DNA of 64,000 nt from Escherichia coli (GTDB lineage: Bacteria > Pseudomonadota > Gammaproteobacteria > Enterobacterales > Enterobacteriaceae), in NCBI RefSeq assembly GCF_024502345.1, contig NZ_JALDNN010000001.1. One strand, written 5' to 3'. This document shows positions 61,684 to 64,000 of this stretch, in pieces. A model generated the notes under the pieces. That model saw only the letters and a list, made by a program, of their open reading frames with translations. It did not search any database and had not been told where the DNA came from. A program made the translations under genes and the position numbers. Each line of letters begins with the position of its first letter. The stretch's first letter is position 1.

Positions 61684-61893
61684 TCCAAATACCCCATCTG
61701 GTTGTGAGAGATCTCTTACAGACTCTGTAGGAGATCGCCAGGAAATAAGCGAATACTTAAAAAGATAAGAATCGTTATTTTCATTTAAAATCAAAATGTT
61801 GATTGTTAATTCTTAACTTTCATATGAAATTTTCCTTAAGGCATTGTCTGTAAGCGCCTTGTAAGACTTCGCGAAAAAGACGATTCTATCTTC

Positions 61894-62259
61894 GTCGACA
61901 GGGAGTCAGACAACGAAGTGAACATCAGGATGATGACACTTCTGCAGGACACACCAGGATGGTGTTTCAGGGAAAGGCTTCTGGATGAAGCGAAGAGGAT
62001 GACGCAGGACGCGTTAAAGGACACCTCCAGGATGGAGAATGAGAACCGGTCAGGATGATTCGGTGGGTCAGGAAGGCCAGGGACACTTCAGGATGAAGTA
62101 TCACATCGGGGTGGTGTGAGCAGGAAGCAATAGTTCAGGATGAACGATTGGCCGCAAGGCCAGAGGAAAAGTTGTCAAGGATGAGCAGGGAGCAACAAAA
62201 GTAGCTGGAATGCTGCGAAACGAACCGGGAGCGCTGTGAATACAGTGCTCCCTTTTTTT
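61894..62259 (+). ncRNA. csrB: CsrB regulatory RNA (CsrA-sequestering)
   Basis: Begins GTCGACAGGGAGTCAGACAACGAAGTGAACATCAGGATGATG; about 18 GGA-containing motifs (CAGGATG, AGGATG, AGGAAG, AGGGA); ends in GC hairpin plus T7. Confidence 0.9.
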
Positions 62260-62304
62260 ATTCCTGCTATCCTTCGCGGCAGTTTTTCTTATTGAGGTTG
62301 CTTT

Positions 62305-62634
62305 ATGACCACTCATGACCGCGTTCGTCTCCAGTTGCAGGCGCTTGAAGCGTTACTGCGTGAACATCAGCACTGGCGAAACGATGAACCCCAGCCGCAT
62401 CAATTTAATAGTACCCAACCGTTCTTTATGGACACCATGGAACCACTGGAGTGGTTGCAGTGGGTGCTGATCCCGCGAATGCACGATTTGTTAAATAACA
62501 ACCAGCCGTTACCGGGCGCTTTTGCTGTTGCACCCTATTATGAAATGGCGCTGGCGACGGACCATCCGCAACGCGCGCTTATTCTGGCTGAGTTGGAAAA
62601 ACTGGATGCTCTTTTTGCGGATGATGCGAGCTAA
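62305..62634 (+). CDS. yqcC: DUF446 protein
   Basis: 109 aa. Confidence 0.85.
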   Translation: MTTHDRVRLQLQALEALLREHQHWRNDEPQPHQFNSTQPFFMDTMEPLEWLQWVLIPRMHDLLNNNQPLPGAFAVAPYYEMALATDHPQRALILAELEKLDALFADDAS

Positions 62635-63416
62635 TGCTGGAAATACTCTATCAGGATGAATGGCTGGTTGCGGTAAATAAACCCTCCGGCTGGCTGGTTC
62701 ACCGTAGCTGGCTGGATCGCGACGAGAAAGTAGTGGTCATGCAAACCGTGCGTGACCAGATAGGACAGCATGTTTTTACTGCTCATCGTCTGGACCGACC
62801 CACTTCTGGTGTGTTGTTGATGGGATTATCCAGCGAGGCCGGACGGCTGCTGGCACAACAGTTTGAACAGCACCAAATCCAGAAACGTTACCATGCGATT
62901 GTGCGCGGCTGGTTGATGGAAGAAGCGGTGCTGGATTATCCACTGGTGGAAGAACTGGACAAAATCGCTGATAAATTTGCCCGCGAAGATAAAGGCCCGC
63001 AGCCAGCAGTGACGCATTATCGCGGTCTGGCGACCGTAGAAATGCCGGTAGCGACCGGACGTTACCCGACCACGCGCTACGGCCTGGTGGAACTGGAGCC
63101 GAAAACCGGACGCAAACATCAGCTTCGCCGACATCTTGCCCATTTGCGTCATCCGATTATTGGCGATAGCAAACATGGCGATTTACGCCAGAATCGCAGC
63201 GGTGCTGAGCATTTTGGCCTCCAGCGGTTAATGCTACATGCCAGTCAGTTGTCATTGACTCATCCTTTTACTGGCGAGCCGCTGACTATTCACGCGGGCC
63301 TGGACGACACCTGGATGCAGGCGTTATCACAATTTGGCTGGCGCGGTCTGCTTCCTGAAAATGAAAGGGTTGAGTTCAGTGCGCCATCGGGTCAGGATGG
63401 AGAGATAAGTTCCTAA
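62634..63416 (+). CDS. truC: tRNA pseudouridine(65) synthase
   Basis: 260 aa RluA-family pseudouridine synthase; ATG overlaps the yqcC stop. Confidence 0.9.
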
Positions 63417-63433
63417 TCCAGGGAGAAAACGGT

Positions 63434-63883
63434 ATGGCGGAAATTGGTATTTTTGTCGGCACCATGTACGGAAATTCGCTGTTAGTGGCGGAAGAAGCAG
63501 AAGCAATTCTGACCGCACAGGGCCACAAAGCAACGGTATTTGAAGATCCTGAATTAAGCGACTGGCTGCCTTATCAGGATAAGTATGTTCTGGTGGTTAC
63601 GTCCACGACCGGGCAGGGCGACCTTCCTGATAGCATTGTGCCGCTCTTTCAGGGAATCAAAGATAGTCTGGGCTTCCAGCCGAATCTGCGTTATGGCGTG
63701 ATTGCGCTCGGCGACAGCAGTTATGTAAATTTCTGCAATGGCGGCAAACAGTTCGATGCCTTGTTGCAGGAACAGAGCGCTCAGCGGGTTGGCGAAATGC
63801 TGTTGATTGACGCCAGTGAGAACCCGGAACCGGAAACGGAATCAAATCCGTGGGTCGAACAGTGGGGCACGCTGTTGTCCTGA
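63434..63883 (+). CDS. yqcA: Flavodoxin-like FMN-binding protein
   Basis: 149 aa. Confidence 0.88.
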
Positions 63884-64000
63884 TATGTCAGCGAGCGGTA
63901 AATGTCGTTTTAGCGGTGCTGAATCGAATCTTTTCAGGCAAATGCCAGTAAAAACTGCTTCATAGCGCGGATTTTTACTGGCGTTTGCCTGGAGTCAAGC

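Noticed and set aside
61894-62259. CAGGATG tandem repeats as a protein-coding repeat or minisatellite
   Set aside because: Matches CsrB sRNA with a terminator; no ORF of significance (only a 71-aa antisense ORF at 62101-62316).

Overview
This window is Escherichia coli-type chromosome, colinear with the K-12 argA-recBCD-thyA-lysA-araE / fuc / sdaCB region but read on the opposite strand to the K-12 convention. Gene order: [IS3 with nested IS30]-yqeH-yqeG'-[IS903]-araE-ygeA-lysR-lysA-galR-omrB-omrA-aas-lplT-tas-ygdR-ygdQ-mutH-(DARS2)-rppH-ptsP-lgt-thyA-ppdA-ppdB-ygdB-ppdC-recC-ptrA-recB-recD-argA-amiC-3x tRNA-fMet-mltA-tcdA-csdE-csdA-ygdI-gcvB-gcvA-ygdD-rlmM-fucR-fucU-fucK-fucI-fucP / fucA-fucO-xni-sdaB-sdaC-ppnN-queF-syd-csrB-yqcC-truC-yqcA. 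All identifications rest on recognising the translated ORFs, the sRNA/tRNA sequences and synteny from memory; no database search was run. Almost every gene is intact and of the expected length. I do not see a novel multi-gene system. The departures from the K-12 layout are: (1) the first 4 kb is an IS-scarred remnant of the yqe locus, with an IS30 nested inside an IS3 that abuts the 3' end of yqeH, and a complete 1057-bp IS903-type element without target-site duplication that truncates yqeG and sits where kduD-kduI-yqeF would be expected; (2) xni (exonuclease IX) carries an in-frame TGA at codon 58. Four known sRNAs (OmrB, OmrA, GcvB, CsrB), a triplicated tRNA-fMet, the probable DARS2 DnaA-box cluster and several REP/BIME hairpins are also present. 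No CRISPR array or prophage was seen.
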